A DNA stretch of 64,000 bases from Betaproteobacteria bacterium (lineage in GTDB: Bacteria > Pseudomonadota > Gammaproteobacteria > Burkholderiales > Casimicrobiaceae), in contig WRFN01000004.1 of NCBI GenBank assembly GCA_009778785.1, forward strand, positions 9,276 to 73,275, read 5' to 3'. The notes under the pieces are model-generated. The model searched no databases. It worked only from the letters and a program-made list of their open reading frames with translations, and had not been told where the DNA came from. Below, in pieces: positions 29,509 to 39,709 of this stretch. Numbering within the stretch: position 1 is the stretch's first letter; each line of letters begins with the position of its first letter. The position numbers and the translations under genes were made by a program.

Positions 29509-32226
29509 TTAGCCGCTCGATTTACTTGACGAAGCCCCACGCGCATCCAGCCTCCGCATGATGAACTTTTCGCCCTCCACCACGACGAAAACGATTGCGC
29601 CGAGCACGATGGGCGCCAGCCAGTCCGTCGGCCCCAGCGGCACGGTGCCGAAAAGGCGGTTCATGAACGGCAGATAAACCACTGCCAGTTGGAGCACCAC
29701 CATCAGCCCGCACACCACGAAAACCGCCCGATTCCCCAGAAAATCGAGCGCGTGCGCCGGTTGGCGAATGCTGCGGCTGTTGAACAGATGGAACGCCTGA
29801 CACAGCACGATGGTTTGCAGGGTCACGGTGCGAACGATGTCTTCGGAATAGCCGTGGTCGAGCAGCCAAACGCTCAAGCCCAGCGTCAACCCGCCGATCA
29901 GCACCGAAACGAACAGGATGCGCCAGAGGAAATAGTGGCTCAGCAGCGGCTCGGCGGCAGGGCGCGGCGGCCGCGCCATAATGCCGGGCTCTGCCGGTTC
30001 AAACGCCAGCGCCAGCGAAATGGTGACCGACGTGACCATGTTCACCCACAGAATCTGCACCGGCGTCAGCGGAATCATGGTGCCGAACAGGATGCTGGCG
30101 ATGATTAAAAAACTCTCCGCGCCGTTGGTCGGCAGAATGAAGAGAATGGTTTTTTTCAGGTTGTCGTAAACGCGACGGCCTTCTTCCACCGCCGCCGCGA
30201 TGGTGCTGAAATTGTCGTCGGCCAGCACAACTTCCGCCGCATCCTTGGTCACTTCCGTTCCCTTGATCCCCATGGCGACGCCGACATCGGCCATACGCAG
30301 CGCTGGGGCGTCGTTGACGCCGTCGCCGGTCATCGCGCAAATGGCGCCGTGCGCTTTCAGCGCCTTGACCAGTTTCAGTTTGTGTTCCGGACTGGTGCGG
30401 GCAAAAATATCGTGCTGATTGGCGGCAACAAAAAATTGTTCGTCGCTCATATCGTTGAGTTCGCTGCCGGTGACGGCGCTTTCGCCGTCGCCGATGCCCA
30501 GTTCCTTGCCGATGGCTTTGGCGGTATCGGCGTGATCGCCGGTAATCATCTTGACGCAGATACCCGCGGCGCGGCACACGGCCACCGCTTCCACCACTTC
30601 CTCACGCGGCGGATCGACGATGCCCGCCAGCCCGAGAAAAATCACGCCCTCTTGCAAATCTTCGTGAGTGACGATGGTTTGTCCGGTAGAAACAAACTTC
30701 ATCGCTGCGCCCAGCACGCGCTTGCCTTGCGCCGCGAGATCGGCAACCGCTTTCTCCCAGCGCGCCCGTTCCAGCGGCGCAGCGCCGTCAGCAGCCATCT
30801 CTTGAGTGGCTATCGCGAGCAACCTGTCGGGAGCGCCCTTGATGTACAAAACGCCCCTGCCCTCTTCGTCGGCCAGCGTCACCATGTATTTGTATTCCGA
30901 ATCGAAAGGCAAGCTGGCGATGCGCGGCGGCAATGTCGTGTCGATCTTTGCTTTTTCATAGACAGTCAGCAACGCGCCTTCGGTCGGATCGCCCTGCACA
31001 GTCCATTTGTTTTCCTTCTCCTGCGACAAGGAAGCGTCATTGCAGTGCTTGAAGCACGCCAAAAGCCGACGCAGCAATGAGCCTTCGCCCAAGGGCGCGG
31101 GATAGCCGCCATAGCGAATTTCGCCCGTCGGCGCGTAGCCGGAACCGCTGACGGTAAAATCGGCGTCGTGAACGATGAGATTTTTGACGGTCATCTCGTT
31201 CTTGGTCAACGTGCCGGTCTTGTCCGAGCAAATCACCGAGACAGAACCTAGCGTTTCGACCGAAGGCAGATTGCGCACGATGGCGTTGCGCCTAGCCATA
31301 TTTTGTACACCGATGGCGAGAATGATCGAGAGAATGGCCGGCAAGCCTTCGGGAATGGCCGCAATGGCGAGTCCGATGGTCGAAAGCAACAACTCCGACG
31401 CGCCATAGTTGCGGAAGAAATGCCCGAACATGAAAACCAGCGCGGCAACGCCGATAATCACGAAGGAAACCATCTTGCCGAAAGCCGCCATCTGCCGGAT
31501 CAGCGGCGTCGTCGTCTTGCCTACTTCGGCCATGAGTTGGTTGATGTGCCCGATCTCCGTTTCCGTGCCGATGTCCACCACCACGCCGAGACCCGTGCCG
31601 GCGCTGACCGTCGTACCACAATACGCCATGTTGGTGCGATCGCCGAGCACCGTTTCGGGAGACAACGGATGAATCTGCTTTTCGGAAGGCACGGCTTCGC
31701 CGGTCAACGCCGATTCCTCCACACGCAAATTTTCCGCGCGGAAAAGACGCAGGTCGGCGGGGATTTTATCGCCGGGAGAAAGGTAAACGATGTCGCCGAG
31801 CGCTAACTGAGCGGCGTCCACATCGATGCGCGTACCGTCCCGAATGGCCGAAGCCCGCAACGACAACATATTACGAATGTCGTTGAGCGCCTTCTCTGCC
31901 TTGTTCTCCTGAAAGAAACCGATAATCGCGTTGACCACCGCCACAATCAGAATCACCGCCGTGTCGGCGTAATGATCGAGCGCCAAAGTCACGAAGGCGC
32001 AAACGAGAAGAATATAGATCAGAATATCGTGAAAGTGCCTGAGAAACCGGATGATGGGATGAACCGGCTTCGCGGCGGGAAGCTCGTTGGGGCCGAACTC
32101 CGCCAGCCGTTCAGCCGCCTGTGCGGCGGACAATCCCATGCTGGGATTGGTTTTCAGCTTTTCCAATACAGAAGCGGCATCCTTGGCGAACCAGCGGGCA
32201 TGAGAGTGAACGTAACGGTCTTCCAT
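29509..32226 (-). CDS. cation-transporting P-type ATPase (type II, Ca2+/Mg2+-like)
   Basis: DKTGTLT phosphorylation motif, TGES-type actuator region (LTGEAVP), MITGDH and [10 protein letters not shown] hinge motifs, and about 10 TM segments. The ATG at 32226 has an AAGGA RBS; the track start at 32253 has none. Confidence 0.9.
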   Translation of the reverse strand: MEDRYVHSHARWFAKDAASVLEKLKTNPSMGLSAAQAAERLAEFGPNELPAAKPVHPIIRFLRHFHDILIYILLVCAFVTLALDHYADTAVILIVAVVNAIIGFFQENKAEKALNDIRNMLSLRASAIRDGTRIDVDAAQLALGDIVYLSPGDKIPADLRLFRAENLRVEESALTGEAVPSEKQIHPLSPETVLGDRTNMAYCGTTVSAGTGLGVVVDIGTETEIGHINQLMAEVGKTTTPLIRQMAAFGKMVSFVIIGVAALVFMFGHFFRNYGASELLLSTIGLAIAAIPEGLPAILSIILAIGVQNMARRNAIVRNLPSVETLGSVSVICSDKTGTLTKNEMTVKNLIVHDADFTVSGSGYAPTGEIRYGGYPAPLGEGSLLRRLLACFKHCNDASLSQEKENKWTVQGDPTEGALLTVYEKAKIDTTLPPRIASLPFDSEYKYMVTLADEEGRGVLYIKGAPDRLLAIATQEMAADGAAPLERARWEKAVADLAAQGKRVLGAAMKFVSTGQTIVTHEDLQEGVIFLGLAGIVDPPREEVVEAVAVCRAAGICVKMITGDHADTAKAIGKELGIGDGESAVTGSELNDMSDEQFFVAANQHDIFARTSPEHKLKLVKALKAHGAICAMTGDGVNDAPALRMADVGVAMGIKGTEVTKDAAEVVLADDNFSTIAAAVEEGRRVYDNLKKTILFILPTNGAESFLIIASILFGTMIPLTPVQILWVNMVTSVTISLALAFEPAEPGIMARPPRPAAEPLLSHYFLWRILFVSVLIGGLTLGLSVWLLDHGYSEDIVRTVTLQTIVLCQAFHLFNSRSIRQPAHALDFLGNRAVFVVCGLMVVLQLAVVYLPFMNRLFGTVPLGPTDWLAPIVLGAIVFVVVEGEKFIMRRLDARGASSSKSSG

Positions 32227-32445
32227 GGGGAATCCTTTCAGGACATCCCTCATTCTATGCCGAATTTGGGGTAAGTGTTAGAGGTTCCTTGAACCAACCA
32301 CCTATCCACCTACTGCCACTTTTGCCGAAACGCCGCTACTATCATCAACGAAAATGCCAGTAATCCCACCAGTATTGCCGAACCCAACACAGGAACAGTG
32401 TCCGGTGTTGTTCCAGCGGCAGGCGCGGTAAAAATGCTGTTTTAT

Positions 32446-32516
32446 ACCGTTCACACTGAGCTTGTTGAAGGGCAAACGGTATCTCTCCAAGAGCTTCGAC
32501 AGGCTCAACCCAAACG
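32446..32516. repeat. REP-like imperfect inverted pair (same family as 19777-19803)
   Basis: CCGTTCACACTGAGCTTGTTGAAGGGC (32447-32473) lies inside a TACCGTT/AACGGTA stem. An inverted, diverged partner GCTTCGACAGGCTCAACCCAAACG is at 32494-32516, just downstream of gspF. Confidence 0.5.
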
Positions 32517-32546
32517 ATTGGGAATTGCTCAGCGTTTCCCTGAGCT

Positions 32547-33746
32547 TCACCGAATCAACTGATTCATCGACACAATCGGCATCATGATCGCCAGCACCAG
32601 CGCCAGCACGATAGCGCCCATGATTACGATCAATACCGGTTGTACCAGCGCCGTGATCCAGGCGAGTCGTCGCTCGGCTTCGCGCTCCAGTTCGGCAGCG
32701 GCGCGTTCGAGCATCTCTGCGAGTTTGCCGGTGGCTTCGCCATTGGCGACAAGGTGAATCAGGATCGGCGGAAACACGCCGCTTTCTTTCAGCGCCCGCG
32801 CTAGCGCAACGCCTTCGCGCACATGGCCGACGGCGTTTTGTACCGCTTGCCGAATCGGCAGCAGATTCAGCACGTCCGCTGCGGTTTCCAGTCCGCGCAA
32901 GAGCGGCGCGCCGCTGCCGACGAGGATCGCCAGCGTGCTGGCGAAGCGCGCGGTTTCGAGGCTTTGTTGCAGGCGGCCGATGCCCGGCACTTTGAGCCAG
33001 AAGCGGTGAACGCGCTCGCGAATGGGCGGACGACGGTAAGCTATTCCCGCTATGAAAAACACAATAACCAAGCCGATCAGCCAATAGACGCCAGTGGCGC
33101 GGAGAAAGCCGGAGGTTTGAATCAGCGCGCGCGTCAGCCAAGGCAAGGTTTGGCGGCTGTGTTCATAGACGGCGACCACTTGCGGCACGACGTAGGTCAA
33201 CATCACGACGATCACCGCCAGCGCGACGACGGTCAACAGTGCCGGATAAATCAGTGCGGTCACAAATTTTTGTTTGAGCGCCAAACGCGCATCGAGGTAA
33301 TCGGCCAAACGTTGCAACACTTCCGGCAAGAGGCCGCTTTCGACGCCTGCCGCTACCAGCCCGCGATACAGCGGCGAAAAGGTGCGCGGGTAATGCGCCA
33401 GCGCCGCCGAAAAACTTTCGCCGCTCGCCACATGCTGCGCCAGCGCCGCCACGATGGCGCGAACGTGTTTGTCGTCGGTTTGATCGGTGACGGCTTGCAG
33501 CGCTTGATGCAGCGGCAAGCCGGAATACACCAGCGTGGCCAGTTGCCGCGTCAGCAAGGAAACTTGCGTCGGCGGCAGGCGCGTCCACGATAAGGTCGCC
33601 GTCGCGTCGAGCGCGTCGTCAACCGCTGTCGGCGTCAAGCCTTCGCTTTGCAACGTTTGCCGCAACGCGCGCGCGCTTTCGGCTTCACGGGCGCCGCGTG
33701 AGACCCGACCTTGTGCATCGACGGCTTCCCATTGAAAACGCGGCAT
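32547..33746 (-). CDS. gspF: type II secretion system inner-membrane platform protein GspF
   Basis: 399 aa with two GspF repeats and three TM segments, ending ...SMNQLIR. Confidence 0.9.
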   Translation of the reverse strand: MPRFQWEAVDAQGRVSRGAREAESARALRQTLQSEGLTPTAVDDALDATATLSWTRLPPTQVSLLTRQLATLVYSGLPLHQALQAVTDQTDDKHVRAIVAALAQHVASGESFSAALAHYPRTFSPLYRGLVAAGVESGLLPEVLQRLADYLDARLALKQKFVTALIYPALLTVVALAVIVVMLTYVVPQVVAVYEHSRQTLPWLTRALIQTSGFLRATGVYWLIGLVIVFFIAGIAYRRPPIRERVHRFWLKVPGIGRLQQSLETARFASTLAILVGSGAPLLRGLETAADVLNLLPIRQAVQNAVGHVREGVALARALKESGVFPPILIHLVANGEATGKLAEMLERAAAELEREAERRLAWITALVQPVLIVIMGAIVLALVLAIMMPIVSMNQLIR

Positions 33747-33755
33747 CGCTTTTCT

Positions 33756-35237
33756 CTATGATCGCGTGACCCGCACCAGTTCCGCCAGCGAAGTCACGCC
33801 GTCGCGCAACCAGCGCGCGCCATCCTGACGCAACGATGCCATGCCCTCTTGCGCCGCGTGGGCGCGCAACGCTTCTTCGGGAGCGCTCTCGTGAACCAAT
33901 TTGCGCGTGGCGTCATCGACTTGCAGCAGTTCGTAAATACCGGTGCGGCCACGATAACCGCTGTGGTTACACTGTTCGCAACCAACAGGCGCGCACAACG
34001 AAGCGATGTCGGTCAATCCCATTTTCTTCAACAGTTGCGCTTCCGCTGCGGTCGGCGGCGCTTTGCTGCGGCAATGCGGACACAGCACGCGCACCAGCCG
34101 TTGCGCCAGCACGGCCAGCAAGCTCGACGCCAGCAGATACGGCTCGATGCCCATGTCAGTCAGGCGCGTGATGGCGCTCGGCGCGTCGTTGGTGTGCAGC
34201 GTCGCCAACACCAGATGGCCGGTCAACGATGCTTGCACGGCGATTTGCGCGGTTTCGAGATCGCGGATCTCGCCGATCATGATCACGTCCGGGTCTTGCC
34301 GCAAAATCGACCGCAGCGCTCGCGCGAACGACAACTCGATGCGCGGGTTGACTTGCGTTTGCGCCACGCCGTCGAGCGCGTATTCGATCGGGTCTTCGAC
34401 GGTCATCATATTGATGCGACCACGCTCCAATCGAGACAACGCGGCGTAAAGCGTCGTCGTTTTGCCGGAACCGGTCGGCCCCGTCACCAGCAGAATTCCG
34501 TGCGGTTCACGAATGATGCGATCGACGCCGGTAAGCAACGCATCACTCATGCCGAGCGCCGACAGATCGAGCCGCGCCGCTTCTTTGTCGAGCAGGCGCA
34601 ACACGACGCGCTCGCCGTACCCGGTCGGCAGTGTTGAAACGCGCACATCGACGCTTTTGCCGCCGAGCCGCAATGTGATCCGCCCATCTTGCGGCAAGCG
34701 CTTTTCGGCGATGTCCAAACTCGCCATGATTTTGAGCCGCGACACCAGCGCCGCATGCAACGCACGCGGCGGTTCGATCACGTCGCGCAAAACGCCGTCC
34801 AAGCGGAAGCGAACCACCGAGCGCGTTTCGTAAGGTTCGAAGTGCAAATCGGACGCTTGCTCGCGCAGCGCTTGCAACAGCAGCGCGTTGATCATGCGGA
34901 TGACCGGCGCTTCGGCGCTGTCGTCGAGCAAATCTTCGGTGCTCGGCATCTCTTGCAACAACTGCGAGAGGTCGGTGTCACGCGCCAGTTCTTCATTCAG
35001 CACGCCCGCTTCCGAACCGACGTTGTACGCTTTCGCCAGCGCTTCGTTGAAACGCTGCGCGTCGGTTTCTTCGATGGTCACTGGCTTGCGATAAACGCGC
35101 CGCACTTCTTGCAGCGCTTCGACGCTGGCGCCCGGCCGGATCAGCACGGTCAGCGCTGTTTCCGACTCACGCCAAGGCAAAACGCCTTGCGCTTTGGCGA
35201 AAGGATAAGGAATTTTCGGAACGAGCGGCGTAGGCAT
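33756..35237 (-). CDS. gspE: type II secretion system ATPase GspE
   Basis: Walker A GPTGSGKTT, an Asp box, a His box and a tetracysteine motif (CPHC...CEQC). The N-terminus IPYPFAKAQGVLPW is typical of GspE N1. The ATG at 35237 is preferred; a TTG at 35270 that overlaps the gspD stop is the alternative. Confidence 0.9.
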   Translation of the reverse strand: MPTPLVPKIPYPFAKAQGVLPWRESETALTVLIRPGASVEALQEVRRVYRKPVTIEETDAQRFNEALAKAYNVGSEAGVLNEELARDTDLSQLLQEMPSTEDLLDDSAEAPVIRMINALLLQALREQASDLHFEPYETRSVVRFRLDGVLRDVIEPPRALHAALVSRLKIMASLDIAEKRLPQDGRITLRLGGKSVDVRVSTLPTGYGERVVLRLLDKEAARLDLSALGMSDALLTGVDRIIREPHGILLVTGPTGSGKTTTLYAALSRLERGRINMMTVEDPIEYALDGVAQTQVNPRIELSFARALRSILRQDPDVIMIGEIRDLETAQIAVQASLTGHLVLATLHTNDAPSAITRLTDMGIEPYLLASSLLAVLAQRLVRVLCPHCRSKAPPTAAEAQLLKKMGLTDIASLCAPVGCEQCNHSGYRGRTGIYELLQVDDATRKLVHESAPEEALRAHAAQEGMASLRQDGARWLRDGVTSLAELVRVTRS

Positions 35238-35266
35238 AGGATAATGAAAATCGCTCGCGTGACGAG

Positions 35267-37537
35267 TCAAGGCGTCGCTGCCTGCCCGGAGCTGAAATAC
35301 GTCCGATCCGGCGTAAACGGTTGCGGCGAAATCAGCATCGCTCCCGATGGCAACGGTGTGCCACGCGGCGGTATCGGCAACGGTTTTTCGCTTCCCGGCA
35401 GCACCGATTGCGGCAACAGTTCGGGAATCGTCGGGTCGCTCCAGAAGAAAGGCTTTTGCGGCATCAGATTTTTTTGCTCGCCCATCAGATAACGATAACG
35501 CTCGGTGGTATATTCGCGGCTGTCGGCGTTGGAGCGAACAATCGTCGGCCTCAGAAAAATCATCAAATTGGTTTTTGAATGACTGCGCGAATCGTAGCGA
35601 AACAAACGTCCCAGCAATGGAATGTCACCCAGAATCGGCACACTGTCGTTGCTGTCGTCCACCTCGTCTTGAATCAATCCGCCGAGAACAATGATTTGCG
35701 TATCGTCAACCGACACCACCGATTGAACCGTCCGCTTTTGAATCGTCGGCGATGCGCTAGAGTTCATCACGCGCGAAACTTCCTGATAAATGTTCAGGCG
35801 CACCGTTCCGTTTTCGGTGATCTGCGGTTTGATTCGTAGCAACAACCCGACATCCTGACGGTTATACGTTTGAAACGGGTTGTCCGTGCTGCTGGCGGTA
35901 TTCGTCAAGTACGATCCGGTCAAAAGCGGCACATTCTCTCCGACCATGATTTGCGCTTCCTGATTGTCGAGCGTCAACAAGGTCGGCGTTGAGAGAATGT
36001 TGGCCTTGACCTGCGATTCCAATGCGCGCGCCAGAACGCCCAGATTGAGGAAGTTCCCTCCAAACAATCCATCAATAAAGCCAAGGTTCAATCCCTGACC
36101 AACACCACTGGTAACGGTGCCTGTAGTGGGATCAACACCGTAAGGATTCAAGGAAATGCCAATAATGTTTTGGCCGCTGCCCTGTGCGCCAAAATTGGTG
36201 CCACCGATCACGCCTCTGTTCGATTTGGAGTTTACCTGCCACTGGATTCCAAACTCCGCCGCTTTATCTGCCGACATTTCGACGATCAACGCTTCGATAA
36301 ACACTTGTGCGCGCGGCACGTCGAGTTTCTCGACAATAGTGCGAATGGTGTTATAGATCGGTTCCGGCGCCATCACCACGATCGAGTTGGTGGCGATGTC
36401 GGCCTGCACGGTGATGCCGTTGGCGGAGAAGCCCACGCCGTTTTCCGGCGGCGGCGCGAACGGCAACTGTTCGACGTTAGACATTCCGCTGGCGGTGCCG
36501 GAAGAGGTGTTGGTATTGTTGTTATTGTTGGCAAGCGAGGTGTTGGTCGAAGCGCTCGTGTTCTGCGTTGCCGGCTTGGCGATGCTCGTGGTTGAACCGC
36601 TGCTATTGCCGGTCAACAATCCTTGCAGCGTTTGCGCGACGCTCTGGGCGTCGGCGTTTTTCAGATAGATGATGAAGAAGTTGCCGTCAGGCCGACCGGG
36701 CACATCGAGTTTTTCGATGAAGCCGCGAATCTTCTCGGCGCGCCCCGGATTGTCGCAACGGATCAGCACGCTGTTCGAGCGCGGATCGGCAACCAACGTG
36801 ACTTTCTGCATCGCATCGCCGCCGGGGATTCCGCCGTTGCTCACCGCGCCTTCGGTCAGCAGTTTGTTCAGCAGCGGCACCATGTCGAGCGCCGACGCAT
36901 TTTTGAGTCGCACCATCAACGGCTCGGCAATGGGCGGCTGATCGAGCGATGCGATGACCCGTTCGAGCCGCTTCATGTTTTCAGCGTAATCGGTGATTAC
37001 CAACGCGTTGTTGCCGGGGAACGCCAGCACCGAATTGTTCGGCGACACCAGCGGTCGCAAGATGCCCACCATCGGCGTGGCCGATTCGTAATGCAGCGGA
37101 ATCACACGGGTGACCAGTTGATCGCCGCCGGTTTTCCCCGAATCGGCGTACAACTTGGCGTCGGTTTCGGGCACGATGCGAATGACGCCGTTGCCTTCGA
37201 CGGCGGTGATGCCTTGCAGGCGCAGCGCCGACAGCAGGGTCGGATAGACCAGATCGCGCGAGACCGGCTGTGTCGAAACGATGTTGACGGTACCTTTGAC
37301 TTTGGGGTCGATGATGAAATTGCGGCCGGTGATTTCGGAAACGGAGCGAACCACCGCTTCGATGTCGGCGTTGACAAAATTGAGGGTGACTTCGTCGCTG
37401 TTTTTCTGGTTGTTGTTTTGCGCCATCGCCTGCCCTGTCGGCAATGCCAGCGCCAACAACAGCGTGACAGACATGGCAAATGCAGCGATCCGCCGCCAAC
37501 GCGCCTCAAAAAGTCGAACCATTTCTGCCGTCATCAT
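35267..37537 (-). CDS. gspD: type II secretion system secretin GspD
   Basis: ATG at 37537 (GAGGG RBS) gives a signal peptide ...LALALPTGQAMA/QNN. N0-N3 domains and a C-terminal secretin domain (VPLLGDIPLLGRLF) follow. An Asn/Ser/Thr-rich low-complexity insert lies at about 36478-36615. Confidence 0.9.
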   Translation of the reverse strand: MMTAEMVRLFEARWRRIAAFAMSVTLLLALALPTGQAMAQNNNQKNSDEVTLNFVNADIEAVVRSVSEITGRNFIIDPKVKGTVNIVSTQPVSRDLVYPTLLSALRLQGITAVEGNGVIRIVPETDAKLYADSGKTGGDQLVTRVIPLHYESATPMVGILRPLVSPNNSVLAFPGNNALVITDYAENMKRLERVIASLDQPPIAEPLMVRLKNASALDMVPLLNKLLTEGAVSNGGIPGGDAMQKVTLVADPRSNSVLIRCDNPGRAEKIRGFIEKLDVPGRPDGNFFIIYLKNADAQSVAQTLQGLLTGNSSGSTTSIAKPATQNTSASTNTSLANNNNNTNTSSGTASGMSNVEQLPFAPPPENGVGFSANGITVQADIATNSIVVMAPEPIYNTIRTIVEKLDVPRAQVFIEALIVEMSADKAAEFGIQWQVNSKSNRGVIGGTNFGAQGSGQNIIGISLNPYGVDPTTGTVTSGVGQGLNLGFIDGLFGGNFLNLGVLARALESQVKANILSTPTLLTLDNQEAQIMVGENVPLLTGSYLTNTASSTDNPFQTYNRQDVGLLLRIKPQITENGTVRLNIYQEVSRVMNSSASPTIQKRTVQSVVSVDDTQIIVLGGLIQDEVDDSNDSVPILGDIPLLGRLFRYDSRSHSKTNLMIFLRPTIVRSNADSREYTTERYRYLMGEQKNLMPQKPFFWSDPTIPELLPQSVLPGSEKPLPIPPRGTPLPSGAMLISPQPFTPDRTYFSSGQAATP

Positions 37538-37642
37538 TGTCCACCCTCGCGGAAAACGCGCCTTGAGCGCGCTTTCCTTTCCCCACGGAAAAGAGTTGTT
37601 ATCATAACAAGGATCGGTTGACCGCATGCGAATTCCGGCGCG

Positions 37643-37675
37643 TTTGCGCCCGCTTCTTTTCACTTCGGGCGCAAA
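37643..37675 (-). terminator. hairpin downstream of folD (terminator-like, no clear U-tract)
   Basis: TTTGCGCCCG (37643-37652) / CGGGCGCAAA (37666-37675) is a perfect 10-bp stem with a 13-nt loop. Confidence 0.35.
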
Positions 37676-37685
37676 GCCGACAGTT

Positions 37686-38555
37686 TTAGTGATTGCCTTC
37701 CTGCCAGCGCGCCGCTTCCAGCGTATTGGCCAAAAGCGTCGCTATCGTCATCGGCCCCACTCCCCCCGGCACCGGCGTGATCCACGAAGCGCGACGGCTC
37801 GCCGCTTCAAAATCGACGTCGCCGCACAGCTTGCCGTCGGCCAGCCGGTTGATCCCGACATCAAGCACGATGGCGCCGGCTTTGATCCAGTCGCCTTCGA
37901 CAAAACGCGGTTTGCCGATACCGGCAACGACGATGTCGGCCTGACCGATCAGCTTCGGTAAATCGTAGGTTTTCGAGTGGCAGATGGTAATCGTGCAGCG
38001 CGCCATCAGCAGTTCCAGCGCCATCGGCCGACCGACGATATTCGACTGCCCGACGATCACCGCGTGTTTACCGACCAGGTCTTCACCGGTTTCACGCAGC
38101 AAACGCATGCAGCCGTAAGGCGTGCACGGGCGCAGCGTTGGCATCTTGAGCACCAGCCGCCCGATGTTGTACGGATGAAAACCATCCACGTCTTTTTTCG
38201 GGTCGATGCGCTCGATCACGCGCTCGGCGTTGATTTGCGCCGGTAGCGGCAACTGCACGAGAATGCCGTTCACCTCGGCGTTCGCATTCAATTCGTCGAT
38301 CAGCGCCAGCAGCGTTTTTTCGGAACAATCGGCGGGCAAGTCGTACGAAAACGACTTCATGCCGACCGCTTCGGTCGTCCGCCGCTTGTTGCGCACATAA
38401 ACCGCCGACGCCGGATCGTCGCCGACGCAAACCACCGCCAGCCCCGGCTGAGACAAGCCTTTGGCGCTGCGTTGCGCGACTGCTTCGCGCACTTCTTCGA
38501 CCACCTGCGCGGCAATCGCCTTACCGTCAATGATTCGTGCCGTTGTTGGATTCAT
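37686..38555 (-). CDS. folD: bifunctional methylenetetrahydrofolate dehydrogenase/cyclohydrolase
   Basis: 289 aa; IIDGKAIA..., [20 protein letters not shown] and [14 protein letters not shown] are present. Confidence 0.95.
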   Translation of the reverse strand: MNPTTARIIDGKAIAAQVVEEVREAVAQRSAKGLSQPGLAVVCVGDDPASAVYVRNKRRTTEAVGMKSFSYDLPADCSEKTLLALIDELNANAEVNGILVQLPLPAQINAERVIERIDPKKDVDGFHPYNIGRLVLKMPTLRPCTPYGCMRLLRETGEDLVGKHAVIVGQSNIVGRPMALELLMARCTITICHSKTYDLPKLIGQADIVVAGIGKPRFVEGDWIKAGAIVLDVGINRLADGKLCGDVDFEAASRRASWITPVPGGVGPMTIATLLANTLEAARWQEGNH

Positions 38556-38626
38556 CGTTGTTTACCTTTATCGTGTGCGGGTCATTCTGCAATATCCTTT
38601 TGCAATCCGCAAGTTGCTTACTGATT

Positions 38627-39709
38627 TCAAAAAATCACCGGCACATCGACCAGCGGTGTCATTCCCGTGCCATCCGCTTCGTGAAACCGGCCTGCCATCC
38701 TCTGCCACCGCCGTGCCAGCGCTACCGTCCGTTCCGCCCCGAATGGCGGCACCCAGTGCGCCAACAGACTGTCGAGCGCGGCAAAATCGTTGCAGGCCAA
38801 CACGACATCGCAGCCCGCCGTCAGCGCCGTATCGGCGCGGATGATCCAATCCGTCGGCTCATCGCCGCCGTTGCTGTTTCCTTTGCTTTCCAACGCCGCT
38901 CCGGCCATGCCGAGATCGTCGGAAAATACCATGCCGCCAAAGCCCAATTCTCCGCGCAACACCTCGCGCACCCAGAACGCCGAGTATCCCGCCGGCAACG
39001 AATCGAGCGCCGGGTATTTGACGTGCGCCATCATCACGCCCTCCAGTCCGCTCGCTATCAGCGCGCGATAAGGCGCTAGGTCGGGCGCTAGGTCAGCCAT
39101 CGTACGCGTATCGACCGGCATCTCGTGGTGCGAATCGGCTTCGACCCAGCCGTGGCCGGGGAAATGTTTGCCGACCGCCGCGCACCCTGCTGCATTCAGC
39201 CCGCGCCGCAGCGCCCCGGCCAGCCGCGCCACTGTCTCCGGCGACGCAGCGAAGGCGCGATCGCCGATCACCGCGCTCTTGCCGTAATCCAGATCGAGCA
39301 CCGGCGTGAAGCTGAAATCAATGTGCAGATAACGCAGTTCGCTGCCAATCAGCGTTCCCCAACGATACGCTTCTTCTTCCCCCAACTCCGGCGCTTCGGC
39401 GAAATGTTCGCCCAGCGCGCGCATCGGCGGAATGTCGATGAAGCCGTTGCCGCGCAAGCGCTGCACCCGCCCGCCTTCCTGATCGATACCGATCACCAGC
39501 GGCGGCGATCGCAGTCCTCGTATTTCGTCGCACAACACCATCAGTTGTCCCGGCGATTCAACATTGCGCGTGAACAGAATCACCCCGCCCACGCGCGGAT
39601 CGCGCAGGCGCCGACGGTCGCCGCGGGTCAGCGCAACGCCTTCGACGCCGCACATGATCGGGCCACGGGGTATGGGTATCGGGTGAGCTGAAATTTCCGC
39701 CACGATCAC
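38627..39709 (-). CDS. nagZ: beta-N-acetylhexosaminidase (GH3)
   Basis: GPIMCGVEG..., VGGVILFTRN, IDQEGGRVQR and KHFPGHG motifs. The GTG at 39709 overlaps the era stop (GTGA); a GTG at 39703 is an alternative. A 12-bp in-frame tandem duplication lies at 39070-39093. Confidence 0.88.
   Translation of the reverse strand: MIVAEISAHPIPIPRGPIMCGVEGVALTRGDRRRLRDPRVGGVILFTRNVESPGQLMVLCDEIRGLRSPPLVIGIDQEGGRVQRLRGNGFIDIPPMRALGEHFAEAPELGEEEAYRWGTLIGSELRYLHIDFSFTPVLDLDYGKSAVIGDRAFAASPETVARLAGALRRGLNAAGCAAVGKHFPGHGWVEADSHHEMPVDTRTMADLAPDLAPYRALIASGLEGVMMAHVKYPALDSLPAGYSAFWVREVLRGELGFGGMVFSDDLGMAGAALESKGNSNGGDEPTDWIIRADTALTAGCDVVLACNDFAALDSLLAHWVPPFGAERTVALARRWQRMAGRFHEADGTGMTPLVDVPVIF

Noticed and set aside
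32302-32550. 82-codon ORF starting at a GTG that overlaps the gspF stop (GTGA). It has a Cys/Gly-rich tail and looked briefly like a coupled small peptide or RiPP precursor.
   Set aside because: Its sequence is built from the REP-like elements in this spacer (the LSLSKLLERYRLPFNKLSVNG read-through peptides). There is no RBS beyond the overlap and no recognisable family.
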